The notes beneath the pieces were generated by a model. That model was given only the letters and a program-made list of their open reading frames with translations. It had not been told where the DNA came from and searched no databases. The translations under genes and the position numbers were made by a program. From NCBI GenBank assembly GCA_002189035.1, contig NEEC01000014.1, forward strand, positions 1,550,001 through 1,614,000: a stretch of DNA of 64,000 nt, in the 5' to 3' direction. This document shows, one piece after another, positions 50,262 through 62,950 of this stretch; position 1 is the first letter of the stretch; each line of letters opens with the position of its first letter. This stretch comes from Utricularia gibba. Its lineage: Eukaryota > Plantae > Magnoliophyta.

Positions 50262-50455
50262 GGCATGCATATCATGAGAATTCCCCCCCAACCACAAAAG
50301 AAAAATGCAGTCCTACCAACCTGCGCAGAATGAAAATAAAGCAATGATGAGAAATTCATTAGCATATCCACGCCTCTGACCTACATTTCGAATCGGATGC
50401 ACAGACTTAATTCACCTCGTTCAAATCAACAACGGGGAGATAGAAACACCCCCTC

Positions 50456-50473
50456 CCCCCCCCCCCCCCCCCC
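50456..50473 (-). repeat. C18 (G18 on the transcribed strand) homopolymer in the KIN-4C leader intron
   Basis: Read directly from the sequence; it lies between the upstream exon donor (~50538) and the acceptor near 50321. Confidence 0.8.
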
Positions 50474-51283
50474 AAAAAAAAACCACGGCATTAACAGGAA
50501 AAGGAATGTTCCTTCAGGCGGAGAAGAAGATATCTCACCTTTCGCATCCAATGCCGCAGCGGAATCAGATCATACGAGGAAATGCGCATAGGATACCCCC
50601 GGAAAATTAAAATGGCAACGGGAGAGAGAAGGCGGAGAAGGAAACGAACTTTCGAATTTCGAATTCGGCATCCTTCTATTCCCCATCCGTTGCAAACTTT
50701 TTTTAAAAAAAAAGTCCATAAATCATTACAAAATATTATTTTTAGAATATTTAAGCAATTGAAAATTGATCATAAGAAACAAAAAAAATTAATTGAGTAC
50801 TGAATATAATTACAAGGATCTAAATAAATTGTAATCATGATTTGTTCACGTGTTCATAAGCGTGTTTCGAACCAGTAGCGTTCGAAATTTGTATACCAAA
50901 ATAAAGTATTTTAAAATAATTAAGTAATAACATATTTTTAATTAATTAATACATTGACTATTTTTATTATTAATTAATTTTAAAAAATAAAGGTAAGGCT
51001 ATAATTCTACTTGGCCCCAACTACCTTCTGGCTTCTACCACTATTTCAAACCATGTCTCACACCCATTATGTACTCTAATAATCATTTTATTATTATTAT
51101 TTGGCATTTGAAACTTCAAATAGATCCACCATGCTGATTTGAATAAGATCAAGTAGCGTTTCGGGGCGACAACAACATCTAACAATTACTACTATTCCTC
51201 ATACTTTACCAATTGAAGATCTAAATGTTATGGGTAACTAATGAACTCAATGTTTGAACTAATGATAGGAAGATATACTATTA

Positions 51284-51494
51284 GAATGTGTTTGGTATAT
51301 ATATAATTTATACTTGAAATAACACAAAATATATAAAAAGAAATATATGATAGTATAATTTTATTTCAATTCTTTTATTTTCATTATTTATCTCATATTC
51401 ATAATATCAATTATATGGATCCATCTATCAAACATCATGTGTTTAATTTTTCTCATTTAATTATTTATTTTTATACTTTTTACCAAATGCATTC
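51284..51494. mobile_element. PIF/Harbinger (Tourist-like) MITE, 211 bp
   Basis: TIRs GAATGTGTTTGGTA and TACCAAATGCATTC (12/14 match). TTA target-site duplication at 51281-51283 and 51495-51497. AT-rich interior. Confidence 0.8.
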
Positions 51495-53253
51495 TTAGAA
51501 TATACCGATATGAATTAGAAATATCGAAATCAACATTCAACATGTACAAACATACCATCGGGGACATGCCCCGTCTAAAATTAATATTGCTCACATTTCC
51601 ATGACACACATTCCACCAACACTTAAGAGTGGACATAAATAGTTACACATAACGCTCTAGGCGTCATATAGTAAATGCATTTGCGAATTCGTCACTCCCC
51701 TATGAAATGCATTTTTTTAAAATAAAGACATGTTGGGTCTTAATTTCCAACTTCTACTGTATGCTTTTATACAGTAGTCAGAGGGTAGGCACATTTCTAA
51801 ATATCCCGTGACAATAAACATAGTACAATGTCGAAGAATACCCAATACCTTAACTATATCAATCATGCTGTCCAAAGCCTCCCCCACACTAAAATATTTT
51901 AAAACAGAAATTTTAGAAAAACTTATTTTGAAAAAGAAGACATTTCCTGAGATCTAGTATTGGATTGAGGACTAAAGTGGGACACGTGTAGCGATGAGGT
52001 ACGTAGATGGAGCAGCCGCCCGACTGGGCCATAAATCTTAAATTTTAAACATAAACTCGGATTCATGAAATAGTAAAACTACTAGTTAATTTTTTTCGAT
52101 AAATAAAAAATAAAATTAAAAAAAGTTAAGATATTTGTCCCAATTCCCCAAACATCAACAGCGATGTCACCTGCGACATCAATAAATACCACCGTTCCAT
52201 CTCCGTAGTCCTAGAACATGAAATCAGCCAACACATGGGCTAAATTACTCTTTTGTCCTCTCTCCATATTACCTCATTCCCCTTTAAATAAAATAATTCT
52301 ATAATTGCCGTACTACCCTTTTTCTATGACCAAGACAAAACATCAACATTTATATTAAAATTCACATATTTTTAGTGGTAATAATCAATTCACTGGAGCC
52401 CGAATATATTATTTTTTATAAAAAAATATATTTGAATTACCGAATTCACAGGCGCGAATCAATTTCGCTTTAATTTGTAGGCCGACCAAGGAGTTGGTTT
52501 GGGTCACGAGTCGCAGGGGTTGGCGGGTTTGGTGCGCGAGGAGATTTAATGAGCCGCCCATACGGGTGTCTGTCACACATGCACATTCAATGCCATCAAA
52601 ATAAATAAACATTTAATTAATTAATTTCCCAATAAATCATGTGGCCAGCCTGGTTCCCGACCTCCTCCTCCTACTCTAATTTAATTTAATGATTTGCATC
52701 CTAATTAATTACGCGATTATTATTCATTACATTGGGAATGTTGAACAAGACCACGTGGCCTAACAACAATAACAACCCAAGTAGTAACTATTAACTTGAT
52801 TGATGCCCAGTCCTCTTCCATGGGGAGGTATGTTGCGGTATTTTGGGGGGAGAAAATGAATTCGCCCCATTTGGGAAACTAAGGGTACTTTCCAATTCAA
52901 TGTCACAATAAATGACTAGGAAATAATTAATTACCCATAAAAATGCAGCAGCATGGGGATGGACATGTCTTGAACAGCATCCGTTACTGTTAGTCAATCC
53001 ACGAGTCGAATGAGCCCATCCCATGCCCACATGCATTCAAGTGAGAGATATGGTAAAATTAACCTATGATGAGTAGATATTATTATTTAATAAATAGATA
53101 TATTTGCTGCTCCATTAATTTTTAATTCAGAAATGATATAAATTGGTTAACGTATATATGTTTCGCGTCCATTCCACTTTGATAGGCAATAAAACCTGTC
53201 TATTTGTGTCCTTCCTCTAAGAGAAGCCGTCTTCTTCGTCCGGGCTTCCGACG

Positions 53254-54920
53254 ATGAACCACTCCGGCGACGTCATATCCGGCATACGTCTCTCCACGGT
53301 GGTCCCGGCGAGCATAACCCCAAGGGAAGCCACACACCAGCTCACCGACACTGACCTCGCCTTCAAACTCCACCACATAACCACCGTGCACTTTTTCACC
53401 GGAGATGCGGCGGCGAATCTCACTGTCCCCGATCTAAAGAAGCCTATGTTCTACTGGCTGGAGGTCTATCGCGCGATTTGCGGGCGTCTCCGCCGCGGGG
53501 ACGACGGGAGACCGTTCATCAAGTGCAACGACAGCGGCGTCAGGATAGTGGAGGCGAGTTGCAGCGATAAGACGGTGAAGGAATGGCTGCAAGCATTTAA
53601 CGGCGGCGGTGATTACCGCCGTCTGCTTGTGTACAACCAACCACTTGTTGCTGATAGTTTCGAATTTACTCCTCTCGTCATCCTACAGGTACGAAACCTG
53701 ATTTCAATTTCTCCTTATAATAATGCAAAAAAATAGTAGTAATTAAATTTATAATTTTAATAATATAATACCAATCATCAATCAAAAAATTTGAATTTAA
53801 TTACTATTAGAGAGAGAAATAAAAGTCTTCCAAGCGTGAACCAATCGAACTGGTCCACGTGCCAATCTAGATAGAGCTAGAGCGTAGCAGGACAAATGGT
53901 TCTATTAAATGTTATAGATATTTTGATTTTTCTATATACTAGGGATGAATGTAGAGTAGCGTAGCAATCCAGGTAACAATAAGATATTTTTTAAAATTCT
54001 ATAATATTATTATTATTTAAGATTTTTTTAGTTATTTTATTATTAAAAAATCAATGAGATCATTAGTTCCAATAATTGATTTTTGGGGCTGACAAGTGCA
54101 GCTGACGAGGTTCAAGTGTGGAGGATTATGCGTGGGAATGAGCTGGTCTCACTTTCTGGGGGACGCCTTCGGAGCCACTGGGTGCATCAACTCGTGGGGA
54201 AGCGTCATGGCCGGCGACTCCGTTGCGCCGCCCATCGTACAATTGGACCAGCCACCAGTTTTTCCGGTGTCCACGTCGCCGCCCTCATGCCGATCTCTTA
54301 AACTGCTGGAGTCTCTCGGAGACACTTGGCTCACGCCAAACAACCTGGAGATGGAGACGCACACTTTTCACTTCACAACGGAGCATCTCACTGATCTGCG
54401 TTCTGCAGAGAATGGGAATAACATCACGTTATCGTCGTTCGAGCTGATCTCCGCCGTCATTTGGAAGGCTCTCGGGACGGCTGAGATCATCACCGTGGTA
54501 AAGAAGAGGGAACGCGGCCCTGGGCTGCTTGGAAATCACGGAGTAGAGATAGGTGTCGTTAAAGCTGAAGACGTCAAGGAGATCACCGACTCCGGCGTGC
54601 TGGAGATTGCGAAGATGATCAATCAGAAGTTCACCGACGAGACGAATGCGGTCGAGGAGAACGGTGGAGCAGTTGGCGACTTCCTGGTTTATGGGGCGAA
54701 TCTCACCTTCGTGGATTGTTCAGAGGTGAATCTCTATGGGCTGCAGCTTAATGGCCATAGCCCTGTCTTTGCGAACTTGAGCCTCACTGGAGTTGGCGAT
54801 GAAGGGGCGATTGTCGTCGTTCCGGCGCCGGAAAAGGGTATCACTGTTAACGCCATTCTGCCAAAAGATCACCTACAACGCCTGAAGAAGAAGCTCAGCG
54901 TAGATTTCTGCAATATTTAA
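53254..54920 (+). CDS. BAHD acyltransferase-like, ECERIFERUM2/CER26-like (very-long-chain fatty acid elongation cofactor), 417 aa, 2 exons
   Basis: IRLSTVVPA, DLAFKLHHI, ICGRLRR, PFIKCNDSGVRIVEA, Q|LTRFKCGGLCVGMSWSHFLGDAF (HxxxD), FLVYGANLTFVD, and no DFGWG motif. Exons 53254-53688 and 54102-54920. Confidence 0.88.
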
Positions 54921-55164
54921 GCCCCATTCTGCATTTCTCAATGATCCCAATCTTTGTCAGAACAACAAAATTGATGATCATACAATATTTGCATCTACAG
55001 AGATAGAAAATTACTGGTGGATTTGGAATTTAAAATTGTTCTTATATAATTACAAATAAGGCACACTTTACAAATAAAAATTTAAAATTAGTTTAACAAA
55101 TTATTTTAAATATATTAAATTTAATATAAAACATACATTTTTTATTTTTAATAAACAGGTATGA

Positions 55165-55257
55165 TGGGCCGGGCCTATTGGGTATCCACCAAGTGGTAAC
55201 GTGTTCAGCATGAAACCCAGGGGCTCGACCGAAGCCCGATATTATGTGTTAGGGTTT
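55165..55257 (+). promoter_or_regulatory. Site II + telo-box promoter of a snoRNA locus
   Basis: TGGGCC 55165-55170, GGGCC and AGCCC motifs, and TAGGGTTT 55250-55257. No protein-coding gene follows, but a C/D snoRNA lies about 200 nt downstream. Confidence 0.6.
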
Positions 55258-55455
55258 TGTTGCCAGTGAACTGGTTACCGCCAAGCATAAATCGCCGGCG
55301 GGTTCGTAGTATCACCCAGAAAGCGTTTCTTGGCCGTGGTGGCACTGTGAAGGATGTGTCCTAGTTCTGTTTTTGTTTGGTGTTGGTTCTGTGAAATTTG
55401 GTTGTTCTATTTCTTCTTGATTGAGGGGTTGGGTTTTGCGTTTTTGCGAGATGGA

Positions 55456-55540
55456 AAGCGATGATTATAAATAATTCCTCGTTCTGAACGCTGAGGCTAC
55501 AGCTTGACAGACGATTTTTACACCCATAGAATCTGAGCTT
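55456..55540 (+). ncRNA. Box C/D snoRNA with two 18S rRNA guide elements (snoR8Y-like; name uncertain)
   Basis: Terminal stem AAGC/GCTT. Box C variant ATGATTA 55461-55467. Guide AATTCCTCGTT 55473-55483 followed by D' CTGA. Guide CACCCATAGAAT 55521-55532 followed by D CTGA 55533-55536. The guides are perfect complements of the recalled plant 18S segments AACGAGGAATT and ATTCTATGGGTG. Confidence 0.85.
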
Positions 55541-55631
55541 CCCTCTTCTCTTTGTTTTCAAAATTTTCTTTCAGATTTGGGATCCGAACTTCTCTTGAAT
55601 AGTAGAAATTTTGTTTCTTTTATTTCAGTTC

Positions 55632-55777
55632 TGGCAAGGAGTAGTTGGCTTTAGGTAAATGCAGAAAACTGTAATGGTGTTTGTATCTGCATACATCTCG
55701 GCTCTCCTTACATTGATGTTGTGGTGAATAAAGCCTTCAATTGTCACGTGTGTCGGAATTGAAGGTTACGCACACCT
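55632..55777 (+). ncRNA. Candidate H/ACA-type snoRNA (two hairpins and an ACA box)
   Basis: Stems AAGGAG/CTCCTT, ATGCAGA/TCTGCAT and CCTTCAATT/AATTGAAGG, with ACA at 55772-55774. The H box is imperfect and no target was identified. Confidence 0.35.
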
Positions 55778-56070
55778 CCCCATTTCTGGTTCTTGTCAAA
55801 TATGACTGCTTTTTGGTATTAGCTTCGTGAAATTTTTGTTGTCCGCTGCGATGTATGGTGCAGATTAAGACCTACTTGTTTGATGAACTTTTGCTGCTTG
55901 ATGATGATGTAGTTCATGGAAGTTAATGAGAACATGATTGAGAAAAGTAAACACATCGTCAAACTACAGAAATGAAAGTATCAAGACTACAAATACAACA
56001 AATAACAAATGTAGATGATTCGAAAGGTTACTTGGAAGTGGAAAAGGCTGAAAAAGCCAAAGATGCGGTT

Positions 56071-58108
56071 TCAAACGGTTGGCAAGGGTACATTCATGAT
56101 GCCATTGCTAATGCTAAATCCATCAGGAGTTTTGGTGCTTTCGGCTCTTGGGCTGCTCGCAGCACTGCTGTTAGATAGCGAAACAAGGGAACCCCTCTGA
56201 AGAACATCGGTTGGAGATGCAGCCAAGTGAGGACCGTTGTCCCAGTTATGCTTCTTGTTAAGAGAATCGCAGGGTGTATTGCTTGTGCTTTGCAGAACTT
56301 CTCCTAGCGGCCCTGTGATGGAGGACTCCCATGATGTGGGAACCCAGTTGGCTAGTTCTCTTCGATTGTGTTCAGCAGCAGCAGTTCCAACCCGTAACCC
56401 CATTTCCAGTTCTTGGGGTGATCTTTGCAGCGTTGAGCTTGTTGAAGACAAAACAGAAGCCATGAAGTCGGAGGATGTTGTCATTGGAATGGAAATGGAG
56501 CGCTGAGTTTTGTCCGAGTAGTTTTTTGGCCAGGCATCCACGAACAGCCTGCCTGAATGATCCTGCGATTTGTTGTCTTCATCATTGACGTTCTCTGACC
56601 TTCTGCAATGGATGAGGGGTGAGCTCCTTTCCACTGGGTTGATTAAAGAGTCGGTGCAACCTAATCCGAATTCTTGAAATGGATATTGCTGCCTGGGGAT
56701 GGAGTAACGGTTATTTTCGTTGGCCGGTACACATCTGTGTCAAGAGCCGAGGAATGATCATCAGGAATCACAGAGTTGTGAAGTTTCTAATAAATGGAAA
56801 CTTCAGATAAACCTGTTGTAATTAGCCAGGGCATGGGTACCAGAACCGAGCTGCTGCTCCTGCAAATTTCTAAGTTGATGGTGATGAGAGAGGCTCACGG
56901 GGGAGGCATTGCCAGAAGCCACTACAGTCACTGATGCGGTGGAGGAGGCCGGTGTCGTTGGTTTGTTAGTTGTCGTGGTGGCTCCAGAAGCAGCACGGCC
57001 AGATTGGCCTTCCACAGGCTTTCTTGAACGATGACGACCTCTGTTCATATGCCGCTCGCAGTACTTCTGATCGACCACGGCTTCTCTTGAGCACCGCCAC
57101 TTTTTTCCATCCGTCCTCCGGCACCGGCCTGGCTCTGGATCGGAACTAGAGAACCCTAAATGGAATGCTCCCCACCCCACTGAAACATGTAGTCCACAAT
57201 TTGAAAATGAACCTGCCCAAAATACTCTAACTGATGAAAATGGCGTAAAACTTACAGGGATTTGATCTCTGAGTAGATAAGGTTGTAAAGCCAGTGGATT
57301 CAAAGGCTTTCCTGATGGGATTCAGGAGGTATGGAGGAACAGAAGCATTTGAACTAATGTATTTGTAGATCAAAGCCTGATGCTCCAATTCCATCCACTG
57401 GGAAGGAGTAAAAGGCAATTTGAAACCAGAAAGTGTTCCAACACAGTGACTCATCCCTGTGGAAGAACCAAATCCAGAGTTCTACAGTGTTTCTCAAAAG
57501 TGGGAAAGACAAAAGGGGGAGCCACAAAAGTGTTTTAAGAGACATAGAGGCCAAAGGTGGTTCACATGACAAGACAAATCCTAGCAATGGAAGCGAAGCT
57601 AAACATGAAAAGGAAGCACAGTTGAAGTTCTCTTTCAACTAGAAGATAGCTTTGTCATGCAAATGCTCAGGGCCTACAATGGCACCCCAAAAGGAGAAAG
57701 CTACTAAAATTAAAAATACACAGACACTATCTGCAATGGAAGGATCAGGTTACAAATATCCCAAATTCGGTGCGAACCTGCGGTTCTAGTTGCTGTATGG
57801 TGATAATATGGAAATGGTGGCGTAGTGAGTGAGTTGGAGGGGAGAAGCTGAGCATTTGGTAATGACCCTCGGAGCAGTTTCTCTGCAAAACAAAAAAAAA
57901 AAAAGTGAACTTTATAGCAAAAGAGAATTTTCTTCCTTCCAGCAGTTAACCCTGAAATATCTACCTCATTTATTATTACCTCCTCTTGTTGTTTCGGCAA
58001 CCCAGATCCAAATCCTGCCTTGTCTCCCAGGGGAGCAGAGTTGGCATTGCTTGAAGCTGCTGCAGTTGCAGGGCTTGAGGAGACCACCAAACCAACCCCA
58101 GTATCCAT
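56071..58108 (-). CDS. GRF: Growth-regulating factor (GRF1/2-type; QLQ + WRC + TQL + GGPL motifs), one apparent -1 frameshift in exon 2
   Basis: [19 protein letters not shown] (QLQ), [40 protein letters not shown] (WRC), [16 protein letters not shown]. Exon 1 is 58108-57980 and exon 2 is 57882-57778. Confidence 0.93.
57010..57030 (-). promoter_or_regulatory. miR396 target site in GRF mRNA
   Basis: The mRNA sense sequence CGTTCAAGAAAGCCTGTGGAA encodes RSRKPVE and is the canonical GRF miR396 site with its single-nucleotide bulge. Confidence 0.95.
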
Positions 58109-61100
58109 AAATTCAAGAGGAGGTAATCAAGCAGCAACTAAGAAAACAGAGTGGATAACAAGCAATTGAAATGGAGGATTAGTGAAGAAGGGTCATCACA
58201 AGGTTGGTTTGCAAGCAGAGGAAACATGTTTCAGGGTAAATCCGACGTGTGGTGAGTTGAAAAAGAGTGAGGAAAAAGAAAGAATCAGCAGCAGCCCGTA
58301 TGTAGTATCAGTTGGATGCTGTTTGTCAAAGGGAAAATAATTGGAGAGAGAGATCCGGAAAAAGATGAAGAAGAGAGCGAGCGAGTGTGTGTGTGTGTGT
58401 GGGTGGGTGAGAGATAGTGCTTGGAGGCGTCGATACTGTCTGAAGCCCTTGTGACAGAACCAATGCGTCTGTACGAGCATCTCCAGTTGCATTCCACTAC
58501 CTTCATTTTTCTTTCGCATTAAAAAAATCGTTTTAAATCCGAAAAAATCTTGTATATTAAAAAATTCAGGTTAATCATTTATTATAGGTGAATTGATTTG
58601 GATTGTAAATCATTTATGAAAATGATTCGATTCCATTTTTTAATCATTTAAATAAAAAGAAAGGTGTAGACAATTTTATGAAATTATTACACGGTGGAAA
58701 TTACTGAATGGTGGGCCCTATGTGAACACGTTGACTCAGGAACGGCATGTGGTGTAACGCAAACCATAATTTTTTTTAATTCTCTCATTTAATTAAAAAA
58801 AAAGAATAGAGATGCGGGAAGGAGAGGTGCTTTGGTTTAGAGGGGACGTACGGATGAGGGAAGGTGATGGAGACATGTCAAGGGGTGTTTCTTAAAGCAG
58901 CTTATCCTGTCTCCATATTTCATTATCCTCCATATTTAATAATAAGCCTCGAGCTATCGTAATTGGCACCATTTAATATCCTCGAGGACCTACAAAAACT
59001 AATAAATATCTACAGTATTACACTTGTGGTTCATTCTAGAAGGGATTTTTGGCATGTATAGGATCAAATTGATTAAATTTGAACTTTAGTGTATGCGATG
59101 GAAATTGAAAATGAAAAGGGATATAATATTTATTTTGGGAAGTGCAGAGTATTAATGAGTTGGAGGGGGGGGGGGGGAATTGAATGATTCACATGGAACT
59201 ATGCAACACAACACAGACACCAGAAATTTTAATTATATAAGGGTATAGTTTACATCAATTATTTTGTAAATTTTAATTAATTCATAAGTAGAATTTATTG
59301 GATAAATAGAAATCAAATAAGTAATTGTGGTCTATGCAATTTATTATTTATTCATGAAGAAACAAATGTATTCTATTTCGTTCAAATTTAATGTATTGGA
59401 AGTGAAGTCATTTATTGGAATAAGTTGATGACTTATTTTGATAAGTAAGGTAAATATAACTTATAAAATAAGTTAAGTTTTAAATAGAAATGTAGATAAA
59501 TTTAAAATAATTAGAAGTTAAGTATAAGTCTGAGCAGTTTTATAAATAATTAAAAGACAGTTGTTTTTGTAATAAATAATTTTAACTTTTAATTAAAATC
59601 ATAAGTTGAAAAATAATTAATACAGATTATACCCTAATTGTTTAAAAATAAAAAATAAATATCAAATCATCATTCATTTATGATTAAATTAATCAGGATT
59701 TGATGTTTTTCATCCTATTTTTTTTTATTGATTTGGGTATTTGCTTGGCATTTCGGTTCCCCTCTGCCGACAGTCTTGGGGCAATCCATTTGCTGGGGAT
59801 TTGCGAATGAAGGTGCGGCAGCACACCCATCGAGATTTCTGGATGGTCAGGTCTGGGTGGGTGTGTTTCTTTCTTCTTGAGGAGGCTTCCTTCCATTTAG
59901 GATCTGGATGCTGCAGATCTTCTGCGATTCGGGTAGGTTGGCGCTGGCGCAGTGAATGCAGTGCGATCTTGATCTTGGGGGCTGCGTGGACCGTCACAGA
60001 CCTACGACTTTAGGCCTACACGGTTGGGTAGCAAAGGACAGAAATGTAACGAGCAAATAGAGATTCATGTGGCAAGAATCGGAAAACGGGTGAGAGGCTT
60101 CAGCGGACGAACACCAATCTCAACTGATCAATCACTCTGACCAGAATTTGAATGTTTACACCAGCCAGGCCCACAAAACAAAACCCCCTCCCAAGTCCCA
60201 AGTCTCGAGCACGGTGATGATGCTGATGAACTGCTGTCCAACAGCTCCTGCTTCCTCAAACCGCAGCTCGTGTTTCGCTGTGCCGAGTGGTTTAGTTAAT
60301 CATCTGTAACAATGCAGCACTTGTTTATACCACTTCACCCATCCAATGCAAACGGCTTCTTTTCCAGCGTGAGAAAGGCTGACCACACTTGTTAAGTGAA
60401 GATATTCAAGTAACTCATCGTGCTGCAACTCATCGTAATGAATATCAGATCTGGTTCAAACCCATGCATCATTTTCAGAACCCATCCGAACCATCAGAAC
60501 ACCATTAGGATTCATGGGGCCAATGCCGGAACCCATTTGAACCTCTCATAACAAAACACTGAAATTCAGCAGGCAGGTGTACTTTGAATAAATCACCAAG
60601 CCCGGAATAACAAAGTGATACCAGATGGTGATCAGACAACACATAATTCTAAAAAAAAGAGGGGATACCAGGCAGGCAGGCAGGCAGATACCGACTCGAG
60701 CCTTGGCCAATAAATTCGATTGGTGGACGACACGACAACGTGTACGACCACAGTTCTGCTTGCGACGAACAAATATATGCATTATTTTATCCCCCAACTC
60801 TCAATAAAGAAGTGCAGTACATTCATTCATCACAACCCACCAAAATCCCATTTTTTTTTTGTTTTTTCTCCAACATCCAACGCACCCATCCCCACAGTAA
60901 TAACAATCATCCCCTTTTTTTTCAGGGTAGGGACAAATTATAACCAATGAAAAAGGCCAAAAAAAATTATGGAAATATTTCCCAGGAAAAAAATGGCACA
61001 GGTATTTAATTTGCTGCCTGAAGGGAGGCACTCCAGGTCCAGGACTGTAGCTTTGGGAGACGCGTTCCCGGTCCCTTCTCTTTCAATAAATCAAAAGAAA

Positions 61101-62950
61101 TTTGCTGAGCATTTTCTATTCTTTTTTAAATTTTTTTGTATTTTTTAATTCATGTGCGTGCCTCTCCCTTTGTTTCCACGTAGACAAAACTACTATAATC
61201 ATTTTTTTTTGTAATAAAATGGTTTGAAAAAACGAGAAATAAATATACGGTAAAAAAAAATTTCATGATGGTGTAGCCCGTACTTGGGGAGAATGGGTTC
61301 AGCCCATTAGCTTTGATCATGCTGCTGATGCCGGGCCGGCCTTTTGTTTCTTGGGCTTAACGTAGATTGATTGGCCTTTCAAAAGTACAACACATGATGC
61401 ACCGCGTACTGTCGAACTCTTTTTAAAGCATTTTTTGATTTAGTCATTATTTTATATGGATTTATTTTTATATTTAATCGAATTTATCATTTTTAATTAT
61501 ATTTATTATAAAATATAATATATTAAAATTTATAAATAATTAACTAAACTTGAGATTTTTAAAATTTACATAAAAATTATTGAATGGAATCTAAAAACTT
61601 GGAAGGAAAAGGGGGAACCACAATCCTGGTGCTTGCCCTCGATTTGGTGGCATGGTGTTATTGCAAAAAGGTGATGTTAAATCTATTGTGATTGTGGGTG
61701 TGGCTGGACGTGTGCCAACGGGTCCGGTGCTTCAAAGCTTGGGCAGGGATGGCAATGGGATGTGGCGGTTTACTGGGAGTTATGAGCTGGGGTCGTCCCG
61801 TGCAAGGGGAGAGATGATTTGGTTGGGAGGGAGGATGGAAATTAGTTGGCACTCAGAAAAATGGTGATGAGTGTGTTACAGCACAAATAGCTCCAAGAAA
61901 ATAGCTGGCTGGCTGGCAAGTGTATCAGTTAAAAAAGGAAGAAGCAAAGGGGTTTTCGAGAAAGCTTGGGTTTCAAGAGAAGAACCTTTTCAATTAATGG
62001 GACATATTCATTCTGGGAAAGAAAAAGAGAAAGTGGTTTGTCTTCTCAAATAGAATTTTGGGTTAGCAACAAAAGGACCGAGGGGACAAGGCCGGGGGTG
62101 AAGATTAGGTTTTTCTCAACTTCTTGTAATCAACCCTACGCATCATGTCGCTTGTGCAATTGGGAAGGTAAAAGTAGTGCAATAGGCTCAGTTGCTTTTT
62201 TTGTCTTTAATCCTTTGGTCTTTTACTTTTTACATTTTACTGTCCCTGATCTGATGAATGGCTGTAACTCTATGGTTGGTTCATTCATGAAATTTCGAAG
62301 TCAGCAATAGCTAGCTGTACATCATCTGCCACGAACTCCGCTCATATTCTGTTTGTTTACATTCCATTAGAATTTAGTGCTTTCTGCTCGGTTCTGTAGT
62401 TGCCCATCGCAGTTGCCAGAGATATTTTACCGTCATTTCACCATTTCGGTGAGTGGCTTCTCAGTTGGTCTATCCAAAAATACTGTAAAAGATTCACGGT
62501 TTTCTTATCCTGGGATAAGGGAATTGTTTTCTACGAACCATGATTGATCCTAGATGATTTGAGCAGCTGGCAGTATTTGGATTTCTTCTTCATTTTTTTT
62601 TTTTTTTTGCAATGGAAAATAAGAAAATGAAAATGCGTGGTACACTGGGTTTCACCTTTCCCTCTGAGGCTCTAGGATGCTGCATTAATGGGTTTTCTTT
62701 TGCCTTTTTCTTAATAACTTCCTTCTCAGTATTATAAAGTTGTCTGGTTCATTTCTCCCTTCTTGGTTCTTGTTGGTCAGAGGCATCTTTTGCTTTTATC
62801 TTCAGTTGAACAGAAACTAGCCCCAAGGTAGATTTGGAATTTGGTCATTTCAAACTTTCCGGAATCTTAATCTTCCGAGCTGCTTTCAAGAGAGATATTT
62901 GGAGTTGTCTGGTGACCCATTAGACAACTTCCCCGGATAATCTTGCAAGA

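Noticed and set aside
50262-50589. Upstream ATG exon of KIN-4C (MRISSYDLIPLRHWMRK) as an N-terminal extension or uORF
   Set aside because: Out of frame as written, frame depends on an unreliable G7 run, and the peptide does not resemble kinesin-4 N-termini.
62882-62904. miR396-like site in the bHLH74 leader (GCTTTCAAGAGAGATATTTGGAG), tempting because Brassicaceae bHLH74 is a miR396 target and a GRF is adjacent
   Set aside because: Multiple mismatches and an insertion opposite the miRNA 5' region (positions ~6-9); unlikely to be cleavable.
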